60,707 bases of DNA, from NCBI GenBank assembly GCA_041904885.1, contig JAYRND010000065.1, positions 1-60,707 of the forward strand, written 5' to 3'. Position 1 is the stretch's first letter. Each line of letters begins with the position of its first letter. This DNA is from Burkholderiales bacterium (GTDB lineage: Bacteria > Pseudomonadota > Gammaproteobacteria > Burkholderiales > SG8-39). Positions 1 through 8,663 of the stretch are shown piece after piece. The notes beneath the pieces are model-generated. The model was not told where the DNA came from. It did not search any database and saw nothing but the letters and a program-made list of their open reading frames with translations. Both the position numbers and the translations under genes were made by a program.

Positions 1-467
1 AGGTTCACCTCGAGTTGCTGCAGGACCATCGCCACGCCCGGGTGGGCCGGATCGGCGGTGCGGAACACCGAGCGGCATTCGTGCGCCTTGTCGATCGAGT
101 ACTTCTCCCGCACGGTCATGGTGGCGAGGAGCGAACCATCGTCCGGGTCCGCCAGCGCGAGATCCCCGCCGACGGGAATGGCGGCCGCCTGCGCGGCGCT
201 GGCTGAGAGCGTGATCGGGATAGGCCAGAACAGGCCGCCGGCGGTCCGATAGCCGTCGCACACCCCTTGCCAGTCGGCGCGCGTCATGAACCCGTCCAGC
301 GGCGTGAAGCCGCCGATGCCGAGCATGATCAGGTCGCCTTTCTCGCGCGAGCTGACCCGCAACGCGGGCAGGGTCTTCGCGCGCGCAAGCTCATCGGCCA
401 ACGCCTTGCCCGCCAGCATCAGCGGCTTGAGCTGCCCCCCTCCGTGCGGTGCGACCAGGCCGGCCAA
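1..467 (-). CDS. sat: sulfate adenylyltransferase (ATP sulfurylase), N-terminal part; gene runs off the left window edge
   Basis: Not in the ORF track because it is open at the edge. Manual reverse-strand translation from TTG at 467 (AAGGAG 4 nt upstream) gives LAGLVAPHGGGQLKPLMLAG...SSREKGDLIMLGIGGFTPLDGFMTRADWQGVCDGYRTAGGLFWPIPITLSAS. This matches the typical ATP-sulfurylase N-terminal signature (PHGG, GGF-PL-GFM, WPIPI). Confidence 0.75.
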   Translation of the reverse strand, partial: MAGLVAPHGGGQLKPLMLAGKALADELARAKTLPALRVSSREKGDLIMLGIGGFTPLDGFMTRADWQGVCDGYRTAGGLFWPIPITLSASAAQAAAIPVGGDLALADPDDGSLLATMTVREKYSIDKAHECRSVFRTADPAHPGVAMVLQQLEVN

Positions 468-616
468 GACACTCCTTTCACATCCTGCGAGGCGGGCATT
501 GTCTGCGGAGCCGCGCGCCCCGCCAAGCCTTTGTTTTGATCCGCGAATAGATAGAATTTATTGCCCGGCACCTGCCTTGGTTTACTATCCGAGCAGCATT
601 CGCGGGAGGAGAAGCA

Positions 617-1078
617 ATGGTCGATCGACGCAGACGGATACTGAAAGCGGCGGGAACGCTGGCGGCGGTGCTTGCCGCCGGGATGCTCAAGCCGGTGCTT
701 GCCTTTGCAGCGGCATGGAACAAGGACGCCTTCGGCGCGAAAACGCCGGCCGACGCGCTGAAAAGCATCGGCGCGGCCGGAGCGGCGCCGAGCAAGGACA
801 TCGTCATCGAGGCGCCGCAGATCGCCGAGAACGGCGCAGTAGTGCCGATCGAGATCCTGAGCAACATTCCCGGCACCACCTCGATCTCTGTGCTGATCGA
901 GAAGAACCCCTTCCCGCTCGCCGCCCGGTTCGATTTCCTCGATGGCGCCCTGCCCTTCGTCAAGGTCAACGTGAAGATGGGCGAGAGCTCGGATGTCCGC
1001 GTCGTCGCCGAGGCGGGCGGCAAGCATTTCGTCGCGACCAAGGAAGTCAAGGTCACGATCGGCGGCTGCGGCGGCTGA
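617..1078 (+). CDS. soxY: sulfur carrier protein SoxY
   Basis: 153-aa ORF with a Tat-like signal (RRRILKAAG). It ends in the invariant SoxY carrier motif ...VTIGGCGG. A GGGAGGAG RBS lies upstream. Confidence 0.95.
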   Translation: MVDRRRRILKAAGTLAAVLAAGMLKPVLAFAAAWNKDAFGAKTPADALKSIGAAGAAPSKDIVIEAPQIAENGAVVPIEILSNIPGTTSISVLIEKNPFPLAARFDFLDGALPFVKVNVKMGESSDVRVVAEAGGKHFVATKEVKVTIGGCGG

Positions 1079-1097
1079 CGGGACAAGGAGAAGGCAA

Positions 1098-1412
1098 ATG
1101 GCGGCAGGACCGATGAAGATGCGCGCGACGCTCGGCGGTGGGTACACCGACGTGCGCGTGCTGATGAGCCACCCGATGGAGACCGGGCAGCGCAAGGACG
1201 CCAGCGGCAAGATCGTGCCGCTGGAGTTCATCCAGAACGTGACCGTGAAGCTGAACGGCAAGACCGTGATCGAAGGCCAGATCAGCCAGGCGGTGTCGCG
1301 CAACCCGGTGTTCTCGTTCCGTCTCAAGGGTGGCGCCAAGGGCGACAAGATCGAGGTAAGCTGGCTCGACAACAAGGGCGAGACCAACAAGACCGAAGCC
1401 GCGGTCGCCTGA
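1098..1412 (+). CDS. soxZ: sulfur compound chelating protein SoxZ
   Basis: Start trimmed to ATG 1098 (AAGGAG RBS) inside track ORF 993..1412. The product MAAGPMKMRATLGGGYTDVRVLMSHPMETGQRKD...FRLKGGAKGDKIEVSWLDNKGE is about 104 aa and SoxZ-like, and it directly follows soxY. Confidence 0.92.
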   Translation: MAAGPMKMRATLGGGYTDVRVLMSHPMETGQRKDASGKIVPLEFIQNVTVKLNGKTVIEGQISQAVSRNPVFSFRLKGGAKGDKIEVSWLDNKGETNKTEAAVA

Positions 1413-1440
1413 CCGCTGCGCGCTACCTGGAGGGGGAAGC

Positions 1441-2235
1441 ATGCGCATACTGACCTGCAGTGCGGGGCTCGCGCTGACGCTGGCGATGGTGCCGGCGTTC
1501 GCGCAGAAATCGCCCTACGCCGACTACCAGCGGATGGCGGCCGAAAACGCGCCGACCGAGCTCTACGAGCTCGCAGGCGAGGAACTCTGGAAGAAGAAGC
1601 AGGGGCCGAAGAACGCGTCGCTGGAGCAGTGCGACCTCGGCCAGGGCCCGGGCGTGCTGAAGGGCGCGTACGCGGCGTTGCCGCGCTACTTCGCCGACGC
1701 CGACCGCGTCATGGACCTGGAGGCGAGGCTCCTGTACTGCATGGTGTCGCTGCAGGGCCGCAGCCGCGAGGAAGCCACCAAGCGGGTTTTCGGCAACGAG
1801 GACCGGGGGTCCGATTTCGAGGTCCTCTCCGCGTACATCGCCCGCCATTCGAACGGCATGAAGATCGAAGCGGGGCACTCGCACCCCAAGGAGCGCGAGT
1901 CCGTCGAGCTCGGCCGCTCGCTGTTCTATCTCCGCGCCGGCCCGTGGGACTTCTCCTGCGCGTCATGCCATGGCGAGGAAGGCAAACGGATCCGCATGTC
2001 GGACTTGCCCAAGCTCGATGATCGGAAGCATGTCGGGCCACTGATGGCGACCTGGCCCGCCTACCGGGTGTCCACCAGCAAGATCGTCACCCTGCAATGG
2101 CGCATGAACGACTGCTACCGGCAAATGCGCATGCCCGAGCCGCTGTTTGGGTCGGACGTGACGGTGGCCCTGATCCACTTCATGACGACGGTCGCTGAGG
2201 GCGAGACCTACCGCGGCCCGGCGATCAAGCGCTGA
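1441..2235 (+). CDS. soxA: SoxA, c-type cytochrome subunit of SoxAX (single heme motif seen)
   Basis: 264 aa with a Sec signal (ALTLAMVPAFAQ). One CxxCH heme motif (CASCH) is visible, and the gene sits in the sox order. Confidence 0.88.
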   Translation: MRILTCSAGLALTLAMVPAFAQKSPYADYQRMAAENAPTELYELAGEELWKKKQGPKNASLEQCDLGQGPGVLKGAYAALPRYFADADRVMDLEARLLYCMVSLQGRSREEATKRVFGNEDRGSDFEVLSAYIARHSNGMKIEAGHSHPKERESVELGRSLFYLRAGPWDFSCASCHGEEGKRIRMSDLPKLDDRKHVGPLMATWPAYRVSTSKIVTLQWRMNDCYRQMRMPEPLFGSDVTVALIHFMTTVAEGETYRGPAIKR

Positions 2236-2247
2236 GCGGAGGCGACG

Positions 2248-2871
2248 ATGAAGCGAACCCTGAGTCTTGCAGCCACGTTCGTCCTCGCTGCCTGCGCCAC
2301 CGAGCCGGTCGGCGAGCGGCCGCGCGTATCGAGCGCCGATCTTGACCACACCACCGCGGTGATGAAACGGGACTTCCACGCGCGCGGCCAGGCGACCATG
2401 AGCCGCATCGAGCTCGACCAGGTGCAGCGCACCTGTAACCTCTACAACGATAACCCGCCCGCCGAGGTGGCCAAGCCGCTCGAGGAAGCGCAGTTGAAGG
2501 CGATCCCGATTCCCTCCGGCAGCCTGGTCGGCAACTGGAAGAACGGCGAGAGGATCGCTCAGAGCGGGCGCGGCTCGATGTGGAACGACAAGCCCGGGGT
2601 GCAGGACGGCGGCAGCTGCTACAACTGCCACCAGCTCTCGCCGAAGGTGTCGGCGTTCGGCACGGTCGGGCCAAGCCTCGCGGGCTACGGCAAGATTCGG
2701 GGCAACAGCCCGGAGATGCAGAAATACACCTACAGCCGCATCTTCAATTCCAAGGCCTTCAACCTCTGCTCGCAGATGCCCCGCCTCGGGCACGCTGGCA
2801 CGCTGAACGAGCAGCAGATCAAGGACCTCGTCGGACTGCTGCTGGACCCGGCCTCGCCGGTCAACCAGTAG
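2248..2871 (+). CDS. soxX: SoxX, monoheme cytochrome c subunit of SoxAX
   Basis: 207 aa with a lipoprotein-like signal (FVLAACA) and a CYNCH heme motif. It lies between soxA and soxB. Confidence 0.82.
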   Translation: MKRTLSLAATFVLAACATEPVGERPRVSSADLDHTTAVMKRDFHARGQATMSRIELDQVQRTCNLYNDNPPAEVAKPLEEAQLKAIPIPSGSLVGNWKNGERIAQSGRGSMWNDKPGVQDGGSCYNCHQLSPKVSAFGTVGPSLAGYGKIRGNSPEMQKYTYSRIFNSKAFNLCSQMPRLGHAGTLNEQQIKDLVGLLLDPASPVNQ

Positions 2872-2872
2872 C

Positions 2873-4564
2873 TTGCAGCGCCGGGAATTCCTGCGGCTGC
2901 TGGCGCTGGCGGCGAGCGCGGGTGCCAGCCTGCGCCCGGGCCTGAGCCCGGCGCAGGCGGCGGGCGAGCTCTATGACGTCCCGCTCTTCGGCAACGTTTC
3001 GCTGCTGCATTTCACGGATTGCCACGCGCAGCTCCTGCCGACTTACTTCCGCGAGCCGAGCGTCAACCTCGGGATCGGTGATGCCGTCGGCCGCCCGCCG
3101 CATCTGGTCGGGGAAGCGTTGCTGCAGCGCTTCCGCATCGCGGCCGGCTCGCCGGACGCACACGCCTTCACCTTCCTTGAATTCGAGCGCGCCGCGCGCC
3201 GCTACGGCAAGGTCGGCGGCTTCGCGCACCTCGCCACCCTCGTCAAGCGGCTGAGGGCCTCGCGCCCGTACGCGCTGCTGCTTGACGGCGGCGATACCTG
3301 GCAAGGCTCGGCGACTTCGCTCTGGACGCAGGGCGCCGACATGATCGGCGCACAGAAGCTGCTCGGCGTAGACCTGATGACCGCGCACTGGGAGTTTACT
3401 TTTGGCGCCGAACGCGTGCGCCAGGCGGTCGAGCGCGATCTCGCGCCAATTGAATTCATCGCGCAAAACGTCAAGACCACGGACTTCGAGGACCCCGTGT
3501 TCAAGGCCTGGACGATGCGCCAGATCAACGGCGTACCGGTGGCGATCCTCGGCCAGGCCTTCCCGTACACGCCGATTGCCAATCCGCGCCACCTGGTGCC
3601 GGAATGGACTTTCGGCATACAGGAAACCGCACTGCAAAAGGTCGTGGACGAAGCGCGCGCCAAGGGCGCGCGCGCGGTAGTGCTCCTGTCGCACAACGGC
3701 ATGGACGTGGACCTCAAGCTCGCGGCGCGCGTGCGCGGCATTGATGCCATACTGGGCGGCCACACGCACGACGGCGTTCCGGCGCCCGTTCAAGTCGGCG
3801 GAACGCTGGTCACCAACGCCGGCTCGAACGGCAAGTTCCTCGGCGTGCTCGACCTCGAGGTCCAGACGGGCGGCGTAGCCGGCTACCGCTACCGGCTGCT
3901 GCCCGTTTTCTCGAATCTGCTGCCCGCCGACCCCGAAATGTCCAAGTACCTCACAACGGTGCGGGCGCCGCATGCCGCGAAGCTTGAGGAACAACTGGCC
4001 TTCACCGAAGGACTGCTCTACCGCCGGGGCAATTTCAACGGGACCTGGGACCAGCTTATCCTCGACGCCTTGCTTGAGGTCAAGGGCGCCGAGATCGGCT
4101 TTTCACCCGGCTTCCGCTGGGGCACGACGCTGTTGCCGGGCGACGCGATCACCTTCGACCACGTGATGGACCAGACCGCCATCACCTACCCGTTCTCGAC
4201 CCTCACGGAGATGACCGGCGAGCAGATCAAGACGATTCTCGAGGACGTGGCCGACAATCTGTTCAATCCCGATCCCTACCTGCAGCAGGGCGGAGACATG
4301 GTGCGGGTGGGAGGCATGACGTATGCCTGCGACCCGCAGGCAAGCATCGGCAAGAGGATCTCGGATATGCGCCTGCGCGGCAAACCCTTGGAGGCAGGCG
4401 CTCGATACAAGGTCGCCGGCTGGGCGCCAGTGGCCGAGGACGCGAAGGGGGAGCCAATCTGGGACGTGGTCGTGCGCTACCTGAAGGACCGCAAGACCAT
4501 CGCGCCGCTCACGCCGAACCTGCCCCGGCTGACGGGCGTCCAGGGCAATCCGGGCATCGCTTGA
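2873..4564 (+). CDS. soxB: thiosulfohydrolase SoxB
   Basis: 563 aa from a TTG start, with Tat motif QRREFL. Dinuclear metallophosphoesterase / 5-prime-nucleotidase-family motifs are present: HFTDCH, GGDTWQG, SHNG, GGHTHD. Confidence 0.93.
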   Translation: MQRREFLRLLALAASAGASLRPGLSPAQAAGELYDVPLFGNVSLLHFTDCHAQLLPTYFREPSVNLGIGDAVGRPPHLVGEALLQRFRIAAGSPDAHAFTFLEFERAARRYGKVGGFAHLATLVKRLRASRPYALLLDGGDTWQGSATSLWTQGADMIGAQKLLGVDLMTAHWEFTFGAERVRQAVERDLAPIEFIAQNVKTTDFEDPVFKAWTMRQINGVPVAILGQAFPYTPIANPRHLVPEWTFGIQETALQKVVDEARAKGARAVVLLSHNGMDVDLKLAARVRGIDAILGGHTHDGVPAPVQVGGTLVTNAGSNGKFLGVLDLEVQTGGVAGYRYRLLPVFSNLLPADPEMSKYLTTVRAPHAAKLEEQLAFTEGLLYRRGNFNGTWDQLILDALLEVKGAEIGFSPGFRWGTTLLPGDAITFDHVMDQTAITYPFSTLTEMTGEQIKTILEDVADNLFNPDPYLQQGGDMVRVGGMTYACDPQASIGKRISDMRLRGKPLEAGARYKVAGWAPVAEDAKGEPIWDVVVRYLKDRKTIAPLTPNLPRLTGVQGNPGIA

Positions 4565-5475
4565 GGCTGCTCACCGCGCTCGCCTTCGCGCTCGCCCTCC
4601 CGGCGGCCGCGGTCGAGCCGCTCCGCGTCTCGCCGAGCGTCTATTACGTCCGGGGAGAATCAGGCATCCCTTCCCGTTCGAACCGCGGCCATACCTCGAA
4701 CGCCGGTTTCGTCGTCACGACCGAGGGCGTGATTGTCGTTGACGCCCTAGGCACGCCGGTGCTCGGCCAGGAGTTCATCGAAGCGATTCGCAGGGTGACA
4801 TTTCAGCCGATCCGCCGCGTCATCGTCAGCCACTACCACGCCGACCACGTCTACGGCCTGCAGGCCTTCAAGGCACTCGGTGCCGAGATCTGGGCGCATC
4901 GCGCGGCGCGAGCCTACCTCGACTCCGACGCGGCCAGGCAGCGGCTGGCGGAGCGGCGCCAGTCGCTCGCGCCCTGGGTGGACGGACAGACGCGCCTCGT
5001 CCCGGCCGACCGGTGGCTGGACGGGGAGGAAAGATTCCGCCTCGGCGGCCTCACGTTCCGCGTTTTCCCCCTGGGCCCGGCGCACACGCCCGAAGACCTG
5101 GCTCTGGCGGTCGAGGAAGACGGGGTACTCTTCGTCGGCGACGTGATGTTCGTCGGCCGGTTGCCGTTCGTCGGCGACGCCGATACCAGTGCATGGATCT
5201 CGGCCATCGACCGCGTCGTAAGGACGAGGCCGAAGATCGTGATCGGGGGACACGGCGCCGCATCGCGTAGCGCCGCCGCCGACCTCTCGCTGACGCGCGA
5301 GTACCTCGCCTACTTGCGGCAGACGATGGGAACCGCCGCCGAGGAACTGGAGGATTTTGACGTGGCCTACCGGAAAGCCGATTGGTCGCGCTTCGCGAAG
5401 CTGCCGGCCTTCGAAGCCGTGAACCGCAGGAACGCGTACAACACCTACATCCGCATGCAGGGAGGAGACAAGTAA
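4561..5475 (+). CDS. periplasmic MBL-fold metallohydrolase (SoxH-like)
   Basis: 304 aa with a signal peptide (ALAFALALPAAA) and the HxHxDH motif SHYHADHVYG. Its TTG start overlaps the soxB stop (TTGA). Confidence 0.72.
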   Translation: MRLLTALAFALALPAAAVEPLRVSPSVYYVRGESGIPSRSNRGHTSNAGFVVTTEGVIVVDALGTPVLGQEFIEAIRRVTFQPIRRVIVSHYHADHVYGLQAFKALGAEIWAHRAARAYLDSDAARQRLAERRQSLAPWVDGQTRLVPADRWLDGEERFRLGGLTFRVFPLGPAHTPEDLALAVEEDGVLFVGDVMFVGRLPFVGDADTSAWISAIDRVVRTRPKIVIGGHGAASRSAAADLSLTREYLAYLRQTMGTAAEELEDFDVAYRKADWSRFAKLPAFEAVNRRNAYNTYIRMQGGDK

Positions 5476-5569
5476 GGCTCAAAGCGCCGATTGCCGTCAT
5501 CAGCCGCGGCCCCGGGGTAGCGGCTGCAGCCCGCGTCATCAGGCCGCGCGCCTGGGCTATCATCGGCCG

Positions 5570-6529
5570 ATGAGCAAGTCGCAGCCCGCGGAGCCTGGCC
5601 GCTGGCTCGTGCTGATCGCGAGCCTCCCCACCGAGGACCCGGCCGCGCGCATGCGGGTGCTGCGCACGCTGGAGTCGCTGGGCGCCGCGGTGATGCGCGA
5701 AGGGGCCTACCTTCTGCCCGATACCCCCGCCAGCCGCCAGGGGCTCGACCACCTGGCCGAGTACATCTCCAAGGGGCCCGGCGTCGCGCAGGTCCTGCCG
5801 GTGGTTCCGTTCGCGGAGGCGCAGGACAAAGCGTTTCGCAGCCTGTTCGACCGCACGTCCCGCTATGCCGAGCTGGAGAAGAACGTCGAAAGCCTGAAGG
5901 TCGGCTACGGCATCGCCGACCCGAGCGCCATCTCGCGCGTGCTCCACAAGCAGCGCCGCGAGTTCGAGGCGATCAGCGCGCTCGATTTCTTCCCGGGCGA
6001 GGAGCAGGCGAAGGCCAAGGCGATCCTCGCCTCGGCCGAGGCCGAGGTGCGCAAGCTGCTCTTCCCTTCCGAGGCGCCGGACTCGGGTGCGCCGGAGGAG
6101 CCGCTGCTGCGCCGCGTCTGGGCGACGCGCCGGCCGCCCTGGGCCGACCGGTTCGCCTGCGCCTGGCTGATCCGCCGCTTCGTCGACCCGGAAGGCAGCG
6201 TCCTCTGGCTGGACAAGGCGCAGGCCTGCCCGGCGAACGCGGTGGGCTTCGCCTTCGAGGGCGCGCGCTTCGGCAATAGCGCGTCCGAAGTCACTTTCGA
6301 GGTGATGCTGCGCCGCTTCGGCCTGGCGAACAACGCAGCGCTGGCCAAGATCGGCGCCATCGTCCATTACCTGGAGGTACGCGAACATCCGGTGCCGGAA
6401 GCGGCCGGCGTGCAAACCCTGCTGCAGGGCGCGGCGCGCCGCTCCACCAACGAGGACGAGCTCCTGGCCGAGGCGGAGAAAACCTTCGACCTGCTGTACG
6501 AAGCCTACTTCGAAGCACCCAGGAAATAG
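5570..6529 (+). CDS. ChrB-domain (chromate-resistance-like) protein
   Basis: 319 aa. By eye it resembles ChrB N- and C-terminal domains (LIASLPTEDPAARMRVLRTLESLGA...; WATRRPPWADRFACAWLIRRFVDPEG). No search was run. Confidence 0.55.
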   Translation: MSKSQPAEPGRWLVLIASLPTEDPAARMRVLRTLESLGAAVMREGAYLLPDTPASRQGLDHLAEYISKGPGVAQVLPVVPFAEAQDKAFRSLFDRTSRYAELEKNVESLKVGYGIADPSAISRVLHKQRREFEAISALDFFPGEEQAKAKAILASAEAEVRKLLFPSEAPDSGAPEEPLLRRVWATRRPPWADRFACAWLIRRFVDPEGSVLWLDKAQACPANAVGFAFEGARFGNSASEVTFEVMLRRFGLANNAALAKIGAIVHYLEVREHPVPEAAGVQTLLQGAARRSTNEDELLAEAEKTFDLLYEAYFEAPRK

Positions 6530-6532
6530 CCC

Positions 6533-8035
6533 TCAGAACTTCCTGGCTTCCTGCTTCTCGCGGGCAAGCTCTGCGCGCAACTCCTTCAGGCGCGCATCCA
6601 CCGCCGACATCTCGTAGAAGTTGCCGTCCGCGGCGCCCTGCGCGAACTGCAGCTGCTCGATCGCGCCCGGCAGGTTGCCCTGCAGCATGTAGACCTCGGC
6701 CTGCGCCTGGTGCTGCAGCAGGCGCTTGCCCAGGCCAGCGTAGGCCCGCGCGCGCGCCTCGTACAGCCTCGCTTCCCTCGGATAGAGCCGAAGGGGCTCG
6801 GCGACCGCCGCCAGCACCGCCTCGTAGCGCCCGAGGTCCTGCATCACGCCCAGCGTCGCGTACAGGAGCGAGCGCCGGTGCGGGTAGCGCGCGAGCGCGG
6901 TCCTCAGCTGCGCGAGCGCGCCCTCCGCGTCCCCCTGCGCGAGGCGAAGGCGCGCAGCCAGCGAATCGATCATGGGGCTTTCCGCCTTCGCCGCGCGCAG
7001 CAACGCGATCTGGGACTCGGCGCACTTGAAATCCTTGGCGCGAAGGCAGGCGAGCGCGAGCCCATACCGGGTGCCGGGCTCGTTGGCGAAGCGCCGGTCG
7101 CTGACCGCCGCGGTAAACGCCTTGATCGCGTCGAGCGCGTCCATCGCCTCCACGCGCAGCTTGGCGCGCACGAGGTGGTACTCCAGCGTATCGATGTGCG
7201 GCCGGAAGGGCTGGCCCTGCGCGCGCGCCTGCGCGTCAGAGATCCGCTCGTGGGTAACGGGGTGGCTGCGCAGGTAGGTCGGCACCGAGCCGCTATCCAT
7301 CAGCCGCGTGTAGCGCTGCATCTTCTCGAAGAACTCGGCCATCGCCCGCACGTCGAACCCGGAGCCCTGCAGCGTCTGGAAGCCGAGACGGTCGGCCTCG
7401 CGCTCGAAATCGCGGCTGTAGGCGAGCTGCGACTGGACCGCGCCCGCCTGCACCGCGGTGCTCGCGCCGGTGGCCAGGTCCGGACGCGAGCGCCCGAGCA
7501 GCAGCGCCGCCGCCATCGCGATCATCATCGGAATCTGCATCTGCTTCTGGATGCCGATCTGGCGGGCGATGTGGCGTTGCGTGACGTGCGCGATCTCGTG
7601 CGACAGCACGGAGGCGATCTCGGATTCGTTGTCCGAGGCGGTGATGAGCCCCGTGTGCACGCCGATGAAGCCCCCGGGCAGCGCGAAAGCGTTGATCGTG
7701 GAATCGCGGATGCCGAAGAACTCGAAGTCCTGGCGCGCGCCCGGCGCGGCCGCGACGAGCGTGCCGCCCAGGCCATTCAGGTATTCCGCGATTTCGGGAT
7801 CGTCGAGGTACTGCGGATCCCGGCGGATCTCGCGCATCACGGTCTCGCCCAGGCGCCGTTCCTGCTGCGGCGAAAGGTCGGCACTGCTCGCGTCCCCCAG
7901 CTCGGGCAAGGGCGCGCTCTGCTGCGCCGGCGGCGCAGGCGGCACGGGGCCGTAGCGCGTCCCCGCCTCGCCCTGCGCGAAGGCGCGCGGCGCGAACGCC
8001 AGGCACACCGCCAGCAGCCGGACGAGAAATCGCAT
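6533..8035 (-). CDS. M48-family zinc metalloprotease with TPR-like C-terminal domain (BepA/YfgC-like)
   Basis: Track ORF 6533..8341 trimmed to ATG 8035, giving the signal peptide MRFLVRLLAVCLAFAPRAFAQ. It carries the HEIAH zinc motif (LSHEIAHVTQRH) and a helical-repeat C-terminus. Confidence 0.85.
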   Translation of the reverse strand: MRFLVRLLAVCLAFAPRAFAQGEAGTRYGPVPPAPPAQQSAPLPELGDASSADLSPQQERRLGETVMREIRRDPQYLDDPEIAEYLNGLGGTLVAAAPGARQDFEFFGIRDSTINAFALPGGFIGVHTGLITASDNESEIASVLSHEIAHVTQRHIARQIGIQKQMQIPMMIAMAAALLLGRSRPDLATGASTAVQAGAVQSQLAYSRDFEREADRLGFQTLQGSGFDVRAMAEFFEKMQRYTRLMDSGSVPTYLRSHPVTHERISDAQARAQGQPFRPHIDTLEYHLVRAKLRVEAMDALDAIKAFTAAVSDRRFANEPGTRYGLALACLRAKDFKCAESQIALLRAAKAESPMIDSLAARLRLAQGDAEGALAQLRTALARYPHRRSLLYATLGVMQDLGRYEAVLAAVAEPLRLYPREARLYEARARAYAGLGKRLLQHQAQAEVYMLQGNLPGAIEQLQFAQGAADGNFYEMSAVDARLKELRAELAREKQEARKF

Positions 8036-8081
8036 GCAGTTATGATACCGTTCCGTCCCCCGAGTTCCTCCGGAGCAGGCC

Positions 8082-8600
8082 TTGCCACGCAGACTGTCGC
8101 CCAAGCTCACGCATTTCGACCGCAAGGGCAGCGCGCACATGGTGGACGTCGGCGCGAAAGGAGAAACGCATCGCGTCGCGGTCGCCTCCGGCCGCATCGA
8201 GATGCGCCCGTCGACCTTCCGCACAGTGGTCGAAGGCAGCGCTGCCAAGGGCGACGTGCTTGGCGTGGCGCGGATCGCCGCGATCCAGGCCGCCAAACGG
8301 GCCGCGGAGCTGGTGCCGCTCGCGCACCCGATCGCGATCACGCGCGTGGCGGCGGATTTCCGCTACGACCCGGTGCGCAGCGCGATCGAGCTGGTAGCCA
8401 CTGTCGAGTGCCGCGGCCGCACGGGGGTGGAAATGGAGGCGCTCACCGCGGCGGCGGTCGGCCTGCTCACGATCTACGACATGGCGAAGGCAATGGACCG
8501 CAGCATGCGCATCGGCGAGCTGCAGCTCGAGCACAAGAGCGGAGGCAAGTCCGGAACCTACCGGCGCCCGCGACGGTCCCGGAAGCCCGCCGGCAGGTAA
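8082..8600 (+). CDS. moaC: cyclic pyranopterin monophosphate synthase MoaC
   Basis: 172 aa, ...[25 protein letters not shown]...[23 protein letters not shown], typical of MoaC. The TTG start is uncertain by a few codons. Confidence 0.9.
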   Translation: MPRRLSPKLTHFDRKGSAHMVDVGAKGETHRVAVASGRIEMRPSTFRTVVEGSAAKGDVLGVARIAAIQAAKRAAELVPLAHPIAITRVAADFRYDPVRSAIELVATVECRGRTGVEMEALTAAAVGLLTIYDMAKAMDRSMRIGELQLEHKSGGKSGTYRRPRRSRKPAGR

Positions 8601-8663
8601 CAATTTGATACAGCCGGCGCACATGCGCTTCGCGCCGGGCTGCTATGATCGCGCCGTCCATCC

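Noticed and set aside
286-1390. ORFs 286..1116(+) and 419..1390(-) spanning the sat-soxY intergenic region and soxYZ
   Set aside because: They cut across the divergent promoter region and the clearly real soxY/soxZ frames. There is no RBS and the composition is biased.
5501-5526. Hairpin CAGCCGC-N12-GCGGCTG after the MBL hydrolase gene, as a terminator
   Set aside because: The stem is only 7 bp and no T-run follows. GC-rich inverted repeats of this size are common here.
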